A stretch of 44,714 nt of DNA from a virus: positions 1 to 44,714 of the IMG/VR virus record IMGVR_UViG_3300046779_000684; one strand, given 5' to 3'. This document shows, piece by piece, positions 6,566 to 15,726 of the stretch; within the stretch, counting starts at the first letter, position 1, and every line of letters starts with the position of its first letter. Position numbers and translations under genes: made by a program. Under the pieces are notes generated by a model that saw nothing but the letters and a program-made list of their open reading frames with translations, searched no databases and was not told where the DNA came from.

Positions 6566-6967
6566 ATGGAACTATTAGTAACACACCCAGTAAAAAAGTC
6601 TGACATAGGCTTTCACGGTAATCTATTTGGAGGCACACTCCTTGCATGGGTAGACGCAGCATTAGCCGCCTACGCAATGGAAAAGTGCCACAGTCAAAAT
6701 ATGATTACCATTGCCTTAGATCAGTGCGTATTCAAGAAACCGGCCAAAGAAAAGCATTTGGTCAAGATTTATGCTCAGATGATTCACGTAGGCAATACCT
6801 CAGCTCAGTTCAGAGTAGAAGCAAGGGCTTACAGTGTATTCAGAGAGGACGAAGTAGTTCTACTACAAACCTGTATGACCTTTGTACGAGTAGACGGAGA
6901 AGGAGAGCCTATCCCTATCTCTAAGCAAGTCAAAGAGAATTTTCTAAAATCAACTCAAACCAATTAA
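6566..6967 (+). CDS. acyl-CoA thioesterase (hotdog fold, YciA-like)
   Basis: D...HGNLFGGTLLAWVD, F.KP, VGNTS and TFVRVD..GEP motifs. Confidence 0.88.
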   Translation: MELLVTHPVKKSDIGFHGNLFGGTLLAWVDAALAAYAMEKCHSQNMITIALDQCVFKKPAKEKHLVKIYAQMIHVGNTSAQFRVEARAYSVFREDEVVLLQTCMTFVRVDGEGEPIPISKQVKENFLKSTQTN

Positions 6968-6982
6968 TTAAAAAACTAAGCA

Positions 6983-7165
6983 ATGACTGATCAATACATA
7001 ATTGTAGATATTATTAACAAAGAGTTTTTCAAAGATGTTGACGGCAATGTTAAGGTATTCAACGATTACGATAGTGCGTTACTGCATTGTGGGATTTATG
7101 AACTTGAAAACGCTTGGGTATGCCAGTTAATGCACAATCACATAGAAAACAATGAGCAACAATAA
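6983..7165 (+). CDS. hypothetical protein
   Basis: 60-aa ORF with A-rich leader. Confidence 0.6.
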   Translation: MTDQYIIVDIINKEFFKDVDGNVKVFNDYDSALLHCGIYELENAWVCQLMHNHIENNEQQ

Positions 7166-7388
7166 ACAACAAACGGCAGTTGATTGGTTGATTGAAAAAC
7201 TTACGCCATTTATTATGCTAGAAAAATCTAAAGCTAATACCTTAATTGAACAAGCAAAAGAAATGGAGAAGGAAAGAATTGAAACTGCATACAACAAAGG
7301 AACAGTTCATGGAATTGATTATCCTGAAAGTACACTACCAATAACTGGTGAACAATACTACAACGAAACCTACGGAGGTAATAAATGA
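7152..7388 (+). CDS. small hypothetical protein (QTAV.W...AKEM...Y.ETY family), paralog 1
   Basis: Shares both termini with 7731..7982. Confidence 0.8.
   Translation: MSNNKQQTAVDWLIEKLTPFIMLEKSKANTLIEQAKEMEKERIETAYNKGTVHGIDYPESTLPITGEQYYNETYGGNK
7158..7180 (+). repeat. 23-bp direct repeat, copy 1
   Basis: AACAATAAACAACAAACGGCAGT is identical at 7737-7759. Confidence 0.9.
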
Positions 7389-7744
7389 AAAAAGAATTTA
7401 TCCCATATGAACTTGCATTAGAGTTAAAGCAACTTGGGTTTGATGAACCTTGCTTAGCTTCCTACTATCGTGCAGGTAGAAGATTAAATATATGTGAATA
7501 CATTAATCACGGAGAATATACTGTTTTAGCACCAACCTACTCACAAGCATTTAGATTCTTCAGAGAGAATCATAAATTGCATTCAAATGTTAAATGTGTT
7601 GATACCGTTGCCAATAATCATTTTCGATACGAAATAGAATCTAATGGGGAGACATTAGTTTGTCGGAATAGAATTGAATCTTACGAAGAAGTAGAACTTG
7701 CTTGTCTTAAAAAATTAATTGAAATAGCAAATGACAAACAATAA
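7385..7744 (+). CDS. hypothetical protein
   Basis: ATGA-type overlap; 119 aa (EFIPYELALELKQLGFDEPC...APTYSQAF). Confidence 0.8.
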   Translation: MKKEFIPYELALELKQLGFDEPCLASYYRAGRRLNICEYINHGEYTVLAPTYSQAFRFFRENHKLHSNVKCVDTVANNHFRYEIESNGETLVCRNRIESYEEVELACLKKLIEIANDKQ

Positions 7745-7982
7745 ACAACAAACGGCAGTGGAGTGGTTCTTCTTTGAATGCGGAAAATATGGTGATACTG
7801 CACAAATTCCAGATAGTGTAATTGATGAAGCCAAGGAAATGCAGAAGCAAATGACAATAAAACTTTATAATGATTATGAAAATTATTTAGAAGAAGCATT
7901 CAAACACCAAAATGGTGGTCAAGCGGTGATATTGTCATTTGAAGAATTTTACGAACAAACCTACGGAGGAGGTGAGCAATGA
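7731..7982 (+). CDS. small hypothetical protein, paralog 2
   Basis: NNKQQTAVEW...AKEM...YEQTYGG. Confidence 0.8.
   Translation: MTNNKQQTAVEWFFFECGKYGDTAQIPDSVIDEAKEMQKQMTIKLYNDYENYLEEAFKHQNGGQAVILSFEEFYEQTYGGGEQ
7737..7759 (+). repeat. 23-bp direct repeat, copy 2
   Basis: Identical to 7158-7180. Confidence 0.9.
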
Positions 7983-8101
7983 AAAAGATATTAGTATTTA
8001 CAATAAAAGCAGTATTATTTTTAACAGTTGGTATCATATGTAAATTATTGATAGCAATGTTTGATGATTACAACGCAGCATTTAAGAACGGATGGCATTA
8101 A
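7979..8101 (+). CDS. 40-aa single-TM membrane peptide (not in the ORF track)
   Basis: ATGA overlap; MKKILVFTIKAVLFLTVGIICKLLIAMFDDYNAAFKNGWH. Confidence 0.55.
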   Translation: MKKILVFTIKAVLFLTVGIICKLLIAMFDDYNAAFKNGWH

Positions 8102-8134
8102 TAAACAACCAAACAGAGTCAAATAATTTAGAAA

Positions 8135-8809
8135 ATGCAGAATAAAGTTGAACTACTGGGCTACTATGGTAGCGACCAGGTAATCGCACAGTCCGCTTGG
8201 ACATCTACCTCACGTGAGTTGAGTGAGGATAAATTAGCACGCATCCCTAAGCTAATTGAGATGCTTTGGACAGAGGGACATGAAAGTCCCTTTGAGAAAG
8301 GCAACGTACACTTCTTAGTTACGTGTGACATAGCATCACACATTCACTTACTCAAGCACCGTATTGCATCTATTAATGCTGAATCCGCTAGATACAAGGA
8401 GTTGAAGGAGGACAAGTATTACATTCCTGAGGATTGGGGAGACAATAAGACTAGAGATGGTGCAGAAATTATAGGTGGGTATAAATACGGAGCCGAGGTA
8501 GGTTGGGCTACTGTATTGCTTGACTACACAACTATGGGCAACGAATTGTACCACAAAGCACTACAAGAGTTAACCCCAGTATTAGGCCGTAAGAGAGCCA
8601 AGGAGAGTGCTAGATTCTTCAAGACTTACAACTCACAGATTACTGCTGACGTACAGTTCAACATGCGTTCATTTGCAAACTTTCTCAAACTTAGAGCCTC
8701 AGAACACGCTCAGGTTGAGATTAGAGACATTGCATGGGAAATGTACCGGTTAGTAGAAAACATTGAAGGAAACCCTTTTGAACATACCCTACGAATGATT
8801 AAACCATGA
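8135..8809 (+). CDS. thyX: FAD-dependent thymidylate synthase
   Basis: HESPFE, KHRIASINAESARY (ThyX motif variant), N.RS..NFLKLR and HAQ.EIR. Confidence 0.9.
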   Translation: MQNKVELLGYYGSDQVIAQSAWTSTSRELSEDKLARIPKLIEMLWTEGHESPFEKGNVHFLVTCDIASHIHLLKHRIASINAESARYKELKEDKYYIPEDWGDNKTRDGAEIIGGYKYGAEVGWATVLLDYTTMGNELYHKALQELTPVLGRKRAKESARFFKTYNSQITADVQFNMRSFANFLKLRASEHAQVEIRDIAWEMYRLVENIEGNPFEHTLRMIKP

Positions 8810-9273
8810 AGCTTAACCTTAACGGACTCTCACCAAGACATTATGCGTTCTTGATTATGCGGGATGAGTTAGGGTTAACCTTTGGTCAAATTGGTATCAG
8901 AACGGGTAAGAATTACGCAGCCGCACGACAGCTTTACTTGCGTGCAAAAGAAAAACAACTAATCTTAGATCAAATGAGACTAATCAAAGACAAAGTAATC
9001 AGTTTACTAACAGCTGATGCTAAGTACAGGGAGGACGACAACAAATTAATTGCTCGTATCTGGTATCAAGAATCTTTATTACTTAACTGTAATACAAGTG
9101 TCGACCTCCTTACTGCTTTAGCTAAAGGTAAACTTAGTTCCGCTGAATCAATTAGACGTAGTAGGCAAAAAGTTCAAGAAGAAATGCCTGAACTCAGAGG
9201 CAGGAATTACAAAGAACGCCAGGAAGAGTCTGGCCAAGTAAAAAAAGACTTAGGATATGGCAAAAACACCTAA
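8806..9273 (+). CDS. HTH (sigma-70 region 4-like) fused to an unknown domain
   Basis: LSPR...MRDELGLTFGQIGIRTG..YAAARQ HTH-like pattern; C-terminal SAESIRRSRQKVQE. Confidence 0.6.
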   Translation: MKLNLNGLSPRHYAFLIMRDELGLTFGQIGIRTGKNYAAARQLYLRAKEKQLILDQMRLIKDKVISLLTADAKYREDDNKLIARIWYQESLLLNCNTSVDLLTALAKGKLSSAESIRRSRQKVQEEMPELRGRNYKERQEESGQVKKDLGYGKNT

Positions 9274-9535
9274 AGTAACTATCAGTATTGAAGCACAGGG
9301 ACCTATGCTAGACATAGTTGTTCACTGTACTACTGAAGCTCAGGTAATTAAAAAGCTCAAAGAGCTTAAAAACCTAGTGAATCCACCACGTACTAAGGTA
9401 GTTCAAAGCTACCGAGAAAGATGGACTACCAAGAAACGTACTTACTACGTAGACCACTCAGTAGGTAAGATTCAAGGTAAACACACATTTACTATTATTC
9501 ACAATCACCCTCAACACCCAACAAACAAACTATGA
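9257..9535 (+). CDS. hypothetical protein
   Basis: 92-aa ORF overlapping both neighbours. Confidence 0.65.
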   Translation: MAKTPKVTISIEAQGPMLDIVVHCTTEAQVIKKLKELKNLVNPPRTKVVQSYRERWTTKKRTYYVDHSVGKIQGKHTFTIIHNHPQHPTNKL

Positions 9536-10245
9536 CAATTCAATCATTTCGAAACGCAGAACTAGACAACGTAATCCTAGAAGTAGGAGACCAAGACGAA
9601 TGGAAGCAGTTAGCTGCTGAGATGGGCTTAGACAAACAAATGGAGTTTGTTCAACAAGCTAAATCTCCCCTCCCTTATCCATACATGAACCAGAGTATGC
9701 AAAACATCTTTGGTACTTTGTGTGGAACTAAAGTAGATTTCAAAGAGTATTCTAAGACTCCCATACCTTTGGATGTTATGCGTGAGTTAGCTTTTTGCAG
9801 AGCAGAGAAGTACTTCAATGACATCAAAATCTGGTACGACGACAAGACTCCAGATCCTATTGCTGTGGGTACTAGCGTAAGGTACTCTGCTAGTTACTAT
9901 AAGACCCAAGAAGACAAAGACAAGGGTTCTTATTACAACAGAGAGAGCACAGCCTACGATTTTACTTCTCGTGAGCAAGCAAAGGATTATGTTGAGACTA
10001 TGGGATTTGTGTTTAACGACACCAACACCCAAACCAATCAATACCTTATTGCTCGCTGGGCCGATGAGTTGCGTCCTATGGAAGAACTCAAAGCATTGGC
10101 TTTAGAAAGATTACAAGACAAGTATGTGTCTGAGTGGACCAAAGCCATTAAAGACCTTCAGTCAAAGGTACTTTCAGCTAAAGAGACGCTTAATCTTTTC
10201 TTGATGGGAGAGGTTTCAGAGTGGGACTTAAGAAGAAACTTGTAA
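9532..10245 (+). CDS. hypothetical protein
   Basis: 237-aa ORF, ATGA overlap. Confidence 0.85.
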   Translation: MTIQSFRNAELDNVILEVGDQDEWKQLAAEMGLDKQMEFVQQAKSPLPYPYMNQSMQNIFGTLCGTKVDFKEYSKTPIPLDVMRELAFCRAEKYFNDIKIWYDDKTPDPIAVGTSVRYSASYYKTQEDKDKGSYYNRESTAYDFTSREQAKDYVETMGFVFNDTNTQTNQYLIARWADELRPMEELKALALERLQDKYVSEWTKAIKDLQSKVLSAKETLNLFLMGEVSEWDLRRNL

Positions 10246-10266
10246 TTTAACTTAAACTAATTAACT

Positions 10267-10291
10267 AAGGGGCCTAACAAGCCCCTTTTTT
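10267..10291 (+). terminator. intrinsic terminator-like hairpin
   Basis: AAGGGGC-CTAACAA-GCCCCTTTTTT. Confidence 0.7.
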
Positions 10292-10294
10292 ATT

Positions 10295-12190
10295 ATGCCA
10301 AACACAGAACTATTTTACGATCCATTGAGTGTTGACTTCATTAACGAAGTACAGCAGCCAGTAAGAGATAAAACCCTAGAGGAAAAGTTATCTCTTGTAA
10401 CTGAGAATCTGCCTAAGCGAACTAGGCAGAAAAAAGTAAAATTTTATTCAAGTCTTGAGTTAAGAAAGAGACTACAGATTTTAATTAGCAGCAACCCTGA
10501 CCACGATGTAGTTTGCCGTATTGCACGTAATCTACTAGATCTTAAGTATGTAAGTCCAGAAAGTATCAACTACTTAGACCTATCTAACGACGACTACACC
10601 AAGATATCATTCATGAACCAGGATAGATATGAGAAAGTTAAGAACGATAGCTTTAAGACCTATTACTTTACTTCTAAATCTAGAATCCTTTGTGCCTACA
10701 AAACAAAGGTATCGGGTGCTCACAGAGATGCAGAAGGTAATTTATACCATGGCTTAGAGGATAAGGAAATCTATGCTAGTTTTTACTTCAACAAAACTAT
10801 GGTACCAGAGCCTATTAAGTTAAAGACTATCAAAACTGTCTCTAAGTTAACTCATTACGATGATGGTACTTCAGATGTTGTTTATGATTACAGCTATGAA
10901 CTTCCAGAGGATTTTACAGTTGACTTTTTAAAAACCTATGACACAGCGTCTAAATATAGATTTAAGATAGTTCAAGGTAAATTAATCCCAAGTGGCTATG
11001 GATATGAAGAGCCTGAGTTTGATTGGAAACTTGACAATCTTAAAGAAGTGATTAGACCTAGCGTATGGAATCCTAGCTTAAGATTTCACAGTAGTATTCA
11101 CAAAGTGTTGAACAAGCTATTTCCCACAGAGTACACAGAACGTGAGAAGAATATATTTGCCGAATCTTACTACAGGTTAGTAGTAATTAAAGACAAAAGC
11201 TACTCATTCACAGTTGTTCAAGGTGAAGCAATTAAACACGCATACCTAGAAGACAACTACTATAGACCTACTAACGGAGGTACGTTGTGGCAGTCTTGTA
11301 TGCGTTACCAACAATGCCAAAAGTATCTAGAAATCTATGTAAGTAATCCTGACATAGTAAGCTTAGCTGTACTTGAAAAGTATGGTAGGATAGTAGCTAG
11401 GGCTATTATATGGACTTCACCAGATGGTAAGAAGCATATAGACCGTATCTACACCTACAACAACGAGGCAGAAGCGATTATGACTGCAAGCATAGGTACA
11501 CTAGGTTATAGTGAACTTAGGACTTTCCACGGAGGGCAGAAGTATGACTTAGAAATCCCATTATCGTATGAAAGGTTCCTGTCTTACAGTTATTTTCCGT
11601 ACATAGATAGCTTAAAGCACTACAATCTTAACAACCACAAGCTCCAGAATCACTGTGAGAACACCAGTAATTACATCACATTTAATGAAACTGATGGTAC
11701 TCACTCAGAGTATGAGTATGACGAAGATACTTTTGAGTGTGACGAGTGTGGTAGTACTAGTTCCGATGCAGATTTTTTAACAGAAATAACTGCAGGTAGA
11801 CACAGAGGAAATTATGCTTGTGAAAACTGTAGAGTTTATTCGGAAGAATTAGATGCCGACATACTAAGTAGTTCTTCTGAATTCTGTGAGTACTCGGAAT
11901 CTTATTTCCCTGAGGAGCACATGGTTTATCTAGCAGATGGTTCTAGATGCTGGGGTGCACACACAGACATAGAATCTTTTGAGAATGGTTATGGATTCTT
12001 CTTAAGAGGAGATAATAACTTTGAGTACAAAGAGTATGCCGGTCTGTATTACCACCCAGACGATCCTGCTTTCCAAGAATTACTAGATGAAATTGAAGAA
12101 AATTTACAAAATCAATCAAACCAAACAAATCAAGACAATGACCAAATCGAAACAACAGACCAGCCCCACACCTACAATGAGTTACTCTAG
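10295..12190 (+). CDS. phage protein with SCM motif and C-terminal Cys-rich Zn-binding repeats
   Basis: QSCMR...IVARAIIW...DRIY...FPYIDS core, then CDEC and CENC. Confidence 0.75.
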   Translation: MPNTELFYDPLSVDFINEVQQPVRDKTLEEKLSLVTENLPKRTRQKKVKFYSSLELRKRLQILISSNPDHDVVCRIARNLLDLKYVSPESINYLDLSNDDYTKISFMNQDRYEKVKNDSFKTYYFTSKSRILCAYKTKVSGAHRDAEGNLYHGLEDKEIYASFYFNKTMVPEPIKLKTIKTVSKLTHYDDGTSDVVYDYSYELPEDFTVDFLKTYDTASKYRFKIVQGKLIPSGYGYEEPEFDWKLDNLKEVIRPSVWNPSLRFHSSIHKVLNKLFPTEYTEREKNIFAESYYRLVVIKDKSYSFTVVQGEAIKHAYLEDNYYRPTNGGTLWQSCMRYQQCQKYLEIYVSNPDIVSLAVLEKYGRIVARAIIWTSPDGKKHIDRIYTYNNEAEAIMTASIGTLGYSELRTFHGGQKYDLEIPLSYERFLSYSYFPYIDSLKHYNLNNHKLQNHCENTSNYITFNETDGTHSEYEYDEDTFECDECGSTSSDADFLTEITAGRHRGNYACENCRVYSEELDADILSSSSEFCEYSESYFPEEHMVYLADGSRCWGAHTDIESFENGYGFFLRGDNNFEYKEYAGLYYHPDDPAFQELLDEIEENLQNQSNQTNQDNDQIETTDQPHTYNELL

Positions 12191-13562
12191 ACCAACTGTA
12201 TTTAGGGATGAGGAGCAATTATTAAAAATAAACGCAGTTAAAAGCTTTAACACCAATTATGAGTTGTTGAAGGACATCATGTTATTCCAGTCCCCTACTT
12301 ATGATTCAGCACGTAACAAAGCTAAGGCTGCTTATTTGCTTGATTTAGTTTTTGACTACACAGGTGTTGAGGGCATTAACTTTGAGGGTAACTTATACTT
12401 CACTAAAGGAGTAGCAGAGTTTTATCCTACTGTGGTAGCTCACTATGACACAGCCCAAGATTATCATGAAGACCTACAAATCATCCAGACAAAAGACTGG
12501 ATTTATGGTTTCAATAATTACAACGCTAAGCAGTGTGGTATAGGTGCCGATGATTCTGTAGGTCTTTACTTTGCTATTGAGATGCTTAAGCGTCTTGACC
12601 ACTGTAAAGTAGTTTTCTTCTATGGCGAGGAACGGGGTTGTGTCGGATCTGGTGCATGCGACATGCAGTTTTTTGATGATTCAATCATCGTAACTCAGTT
12701 GGACAGACGTTCTTACAGTACAGATTTTATCAAGTACACAAACGGACTACAGGTATTCCCAAAAGAACACTATGACCTAATCACTCCATTGATGGATACT
12801 TATGGTTATTCGTTCAATGACGGTAGTTGTACTGACGTAGGTGCTTTGCGTAGACGTGGATTGAAGGTAGCTTCTCATAATCTGAGTTGTGGTTATCTGA
12901 ACGAGCATATGAATGATGAGGTAATCCACATCAACTCTATGGAGAATGCATTCTGCTTTGCTCAGGAGATGCTTGAGATGTTGTCAGAGCGTAACATACC
13001 TCTATCTTTTCCTGTAAAAATGGAAGTAACGGATGACCTAGTACTTAAAAACCGTTGGAATCAGTTTGATGAATTTGATTCAACCTACAAAAGTCCTAAA
13101 GCAAACACCAGGGAGGAGATGGTGGCCGATTCAGATTACAGATATCGTATACTTGAGAATATGTATACCAACCATGATAACTTTGTGCCTGATCTTGACC
13201 AACTTTCTTACTACGAAGGCTATTACGGAGAACCAAAAGATTATGAAACTGACATAGCTTGTGGGGATCTAAGTCCAGAGTTATTTGTATGCTTGACTGG
13301 AAAAAAGTACAAAGAACTTACTGGAGAAATAGAGGAAGCTGACCCACGTGAGCTAATATATTTAAGATTAATAGACGGAGATAGTCCAGTTACAGGAGAA
13401 CCACTAGTAAAAGGTGTTACTTATTACATGGATTATGGAGTTATCTACTGCAGAGATTCTCGTACTTACATACCCTATGAAATGAGTCCAGAAAATTGTT
13501 TAGATTTTCCTGACGATTCTGCTGGTACGCTAGAAGAGATATGCATGGAATTTGATTTTTAA
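12138..13562 (+). CDS. M28/M20-like zinc peptidase (start 12138 or 12177)
   Basis: AHYDT, GIGADD..G, EERG..GS, QLDRR, TD and N.S.GY...H metal-binding motifs. Confidence 0.85.
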   Translation: MTKSKQQTSPTPTMSYSRPTVFRDEEQLLKINAVKSFNTNYELLKDIMLFQSPTYDSARNKAKAAYLLDLVFDYTGVEGINFEGNLYFTKGVAEFYPTVVAHYDTAQDYHEDLQIIQTKDWIYGFNNYNAKQCGIGADDSVGLYFAIEMLKRLDHCKVVFFYGEERGCVGSGACDMQFFDDSIIVTQLDRRSYSTDFIKYTNGLQVFPKEHYDLITPLMDTYGYSFNDGSCTDVGALRRRGLKVASHNLSCGYLNEHMNDEVIHINSMENAFCFAQEMLEMLSERNIPLSFPVKMEVTDDLVLKNRWNQFDEFDSTYKSPKANTREEMVADSDYRYRILENMYTNHDNFVPDLDQLSYYEGYYGEPKDYETDIACGDLSPELFVCLTGKKYKELTGEIEEADPRELIYLRLIDGDSPVTGEPLVKGVTYYMDYGVIYCRDSRTYIPYEMSPENCLDFPDDSAGTLEEICMEFDF

Positions 13563-13567
13563 TTAAT

Positions 13568-13588
13568 GGGGGAGAAATCCCCCTTTTT
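13568..13588 (+). terminator. intrinsic terminator-like hairpin
   Basis: GGGGGA-GAAA-TCCCCC-TTTTT. Confidence 0.75.
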
Positions 13589-13596
13589 ATTTTATT

Positions 13597-13821
13597 ATGA
13601 CAGAATTTGAACATTACGGAGAGTCGTTAAGTACGCACCCAGACTACTTAATGATGCAGCGTCATTACCAAGAAGAATTGTTGATGAGTGAGTTGCAAAT
13701 GACAGAAGAATTGAGTAAATTCGTAACCCCCGTTTCTGAAAACGAGGTCAATTTAATTGATATACAACAAGTTAAAGAAAATGAAGAAAACGTTTTACGA
13801 AGTACTCTGGGACCTGTGTGA
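13597..13821 (+). CDS. hypothetical protein
   Basis: 74-aa ORF after a hairpin. Confidence 0.6.
   Translation: MTEFEHYGESLSTHPDYLMMQRHYQEELLMSELQMTEELSKFVTPVSENEVNLIDIQQVKENEENVLRSTLGPV
13693..13723 (+). promoter_or_regulatory. possible Bacteroidota-type promoter for the replication genes
   Basis: TTG-N20-TAAATTCG (one mismatch to TAnnTTTG), 57 nt before ATG 13781; lies inside an ORF. Confidence 0.3.
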
Positions 13822-14326
13822 GAAGAATGGCTTAGTTGATGAGTGGAAAGCTGAGGGTCTATTGATACACAAAGATTCTAGAATGACTTGGCATCCAAGA
13901 GTGGCCGAGATTCTAGGTACAGATGATTTATCAGTAGTAGGTGGTATTGAAGAATTAAGTCTAAAGCTTAAGCATAAACCTAAAGAACCTGAGGTTGACA
14001 TCTCTTGGATTAAAGAGTACATGGTTAAGTTTTCAGCCAAGAATCTAGGTGTAACAGCCAAGACTACTGACTTAGCTACTGTACAAACCAAAATGACCAA
14101 GTTTATCCAAAAGTACAAGTACACCAAAGAAGAAATTCTAGGTGCAACTGACCTGTACATAGATACCTTGCGTAGAAAAGGCTCTTTGAATTATATAAGA
14201 GAGTGCGGTTACTTTATCTTTAAGCGAATTGACGGCATCGACCAAAGCGACTTAGCTAACTGGTGTGAGCAATTTAAGGATAACGGCAACCAATCAACGA
14301 ACTATAACTCAAGGAACATTATCTAA
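13781..14326 (+). CDS. hypothetical protein (possible helicase partner or initiator)
   Basis: ATG at 13781; TAATG coupling to the DnaB-like gene. Confidence 0.75.
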   Translation: MKKTFYEVLWDLCEKNGLVDEWKAEGLLIHKDSRMTWHPRVAEILGTDDLSVVGGIEELSLKLKHKPKEPEVDISWIKEYMVKFSAKNLGVTAKTTDLATVQTKMTKFIQKYKYTKEEILGATDLYIDTLRRKGSLNYIRECGYFIFKRIDGIDQSDLANWCEQFKDNGNQSTNYNSRNII

Positions 14327-15432
14327 TGCAGGACTTTGAAAAGGTACTAGGCCAAATTGAGCGAAATAAGGCCATTAAAGAAGGTGGAGGTATAACTTCT
14401 ATCCTTCCGCCTTTTCCTCGCTTAGGTGAGAAGTATGGTGGCTTTACCAAGGGTTCTATTACTGCAATAACTGCTGGCTCTGGTGTGGGTAAGACCAAGT
14501 TTGTAAAATACTTCACTATCATGAATATTTTCAAGCGTACAGTCAACTCCAACATCAAGCCTAAAGTATTCTATTTTGCACTAGAAGAATCTGAGACTGA
14601 CTTCTGGTTATCATTCATTGCTATGTACTTGTACGAGAAGCATAAGATAACCATAAGCGTATCTCAACTGAAGTCCATTGGTTCTTACACAGTAAATCAA
14701 GAACTACTTGAAAAGATTAAAGGAGCAGAGAAGTTCATTAAAGCTTTGCAAAACAACGTAGAGGTTATTGATTACATCCGTAACCCCACGGGAATCAAAA
14801 AGCACATTAAAACTTTCTTTGACAACCCAGAGATAGGTGAGTATGAGTATAAAGAGTACGATGGAAAACAAGTACCTGTTGCTTATCATTACAAATCAGA
14901 TGACACCTGGGTATTTTTTATTCTAGACCACATTAGTCTATTGTCTAACGAGATGATGTCTGAGACTAAAACTCGACTGAGTACTTATCAGACACTTGAC
15001 TATATGGTCAAAGACATTACGCTGGAATTGTTTTCCAAGAAATTCAAGATGGCAAACATTATTGTTCATCAGCAGACTCCATCATCAGAAAAAGCCCAAT
15101 ACACGAACAGAGGCGCACTGATTGAGGAGATGTTGGAACCATCACTAGAAGAACTCCACCTTAACAAAGGTGTACAACAAGACTACGAGATAGTGCTAGG
15201 CTTGTTTAATCCTTCTAGACATAACATACCTGTGCATAGTGGGTATGACGTATCGCTGCTAGGCCCTAAGTACCGTTCCTTGATATTTTTGAAGGACCGA
15301 CACTTTGGCTTAGAGAATTCTGCAGTGGGATTATACTTCAACGGAGCCAATGGTGAGTTCCAGGAACTGCCTAGGGCCGAAGAGATGGCTAATCCAGTAA
15401 AGAATTACTACGAACACTTTATTAAGTTATGA
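14326..15432 (+). CDS. DnaB-like (SF4) replicative helicase
   Basis: AGSGVGKT Walker A, FALEE, ILDHI Walker B, Q-D...L, K.R. Confidence 0.88.
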   Translation: MQDFEKVLGQIERNKAIKEGGGITSILPPFPRLGEKYGGFTKGSITAITAGSGVGKTKFVKYFTIMNIFKRTVNSNIKPKVFYFALEESETDFWLSFIAMYLYEKHKITISVSQLKSIGSYTVNQELLEKIKGAEKFIKALQNNVEVIDYIRNPTGIKKHIKTFFDNPEIGEYEYKEYDGKQVPVAYHYKSDDTWVFFILDHISLLSNEMMSETKTRLSTYQTLDYMVKDITLELFSKKFKMANIIVHQQTPSSEKAQYTNRGALIEEMLEPSLEELHLNKGVQQDYEIVLGLFNPSRHNIPVHSGYDVSLLGPKYRSLIFLKDRHFGLENSAVGLYFNGANGEFQELPRAEEMANPVKNYYEHFIKL

Positions 15433-15722
15433 CCGAGCATTTGAAAGAGATTTACACAGAGATGTGCAGGAGAGTAGGAACTAACCTTTCAGAGGTTGAT
15501 CTTACAGAGAAGAACTGGTACCAAAAGTACCGCTGGCCAGTCAAAGAAGAACTAAGCTTCAGAGATTGGTTATTTAATTACCTAGAAACGAACCCAGAAG
15601 CAATAGACGCAATTGTAAGTGTAGGCATCATTCGTCATGTAGACAAGAAGAAAATGGCCACCGAGTTTGCTAGTTATTTTGGATGGGATCATTTAATAGA
15701 AACCGAACAATCGAAAAATTAA
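15429..15722 (+). CDS. hypothetical protein
   Basis: 97 aa, ATGA overlap. Confidence 0.75.
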   Translation: MTEHLKEIYTEMCRRVGTNLSEVDLTEKNWYQKYRWPVKEELSFRDWLFNYLETNPEAIDAIVSVGIIRHVDKKKMATEFASYFGWDHLIETEQSKN

Positions 15723-15726
15723 AATT

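Noticed and set aside
12087-12190. Programmed frameshift or read-through fusing the SCM protein and the peptidase
   Set aside because: In-frame ATGs at 12138 and 12177 give ordinary short overlaps like others in this genome, and no clear slippery site with a downstream structure was seen
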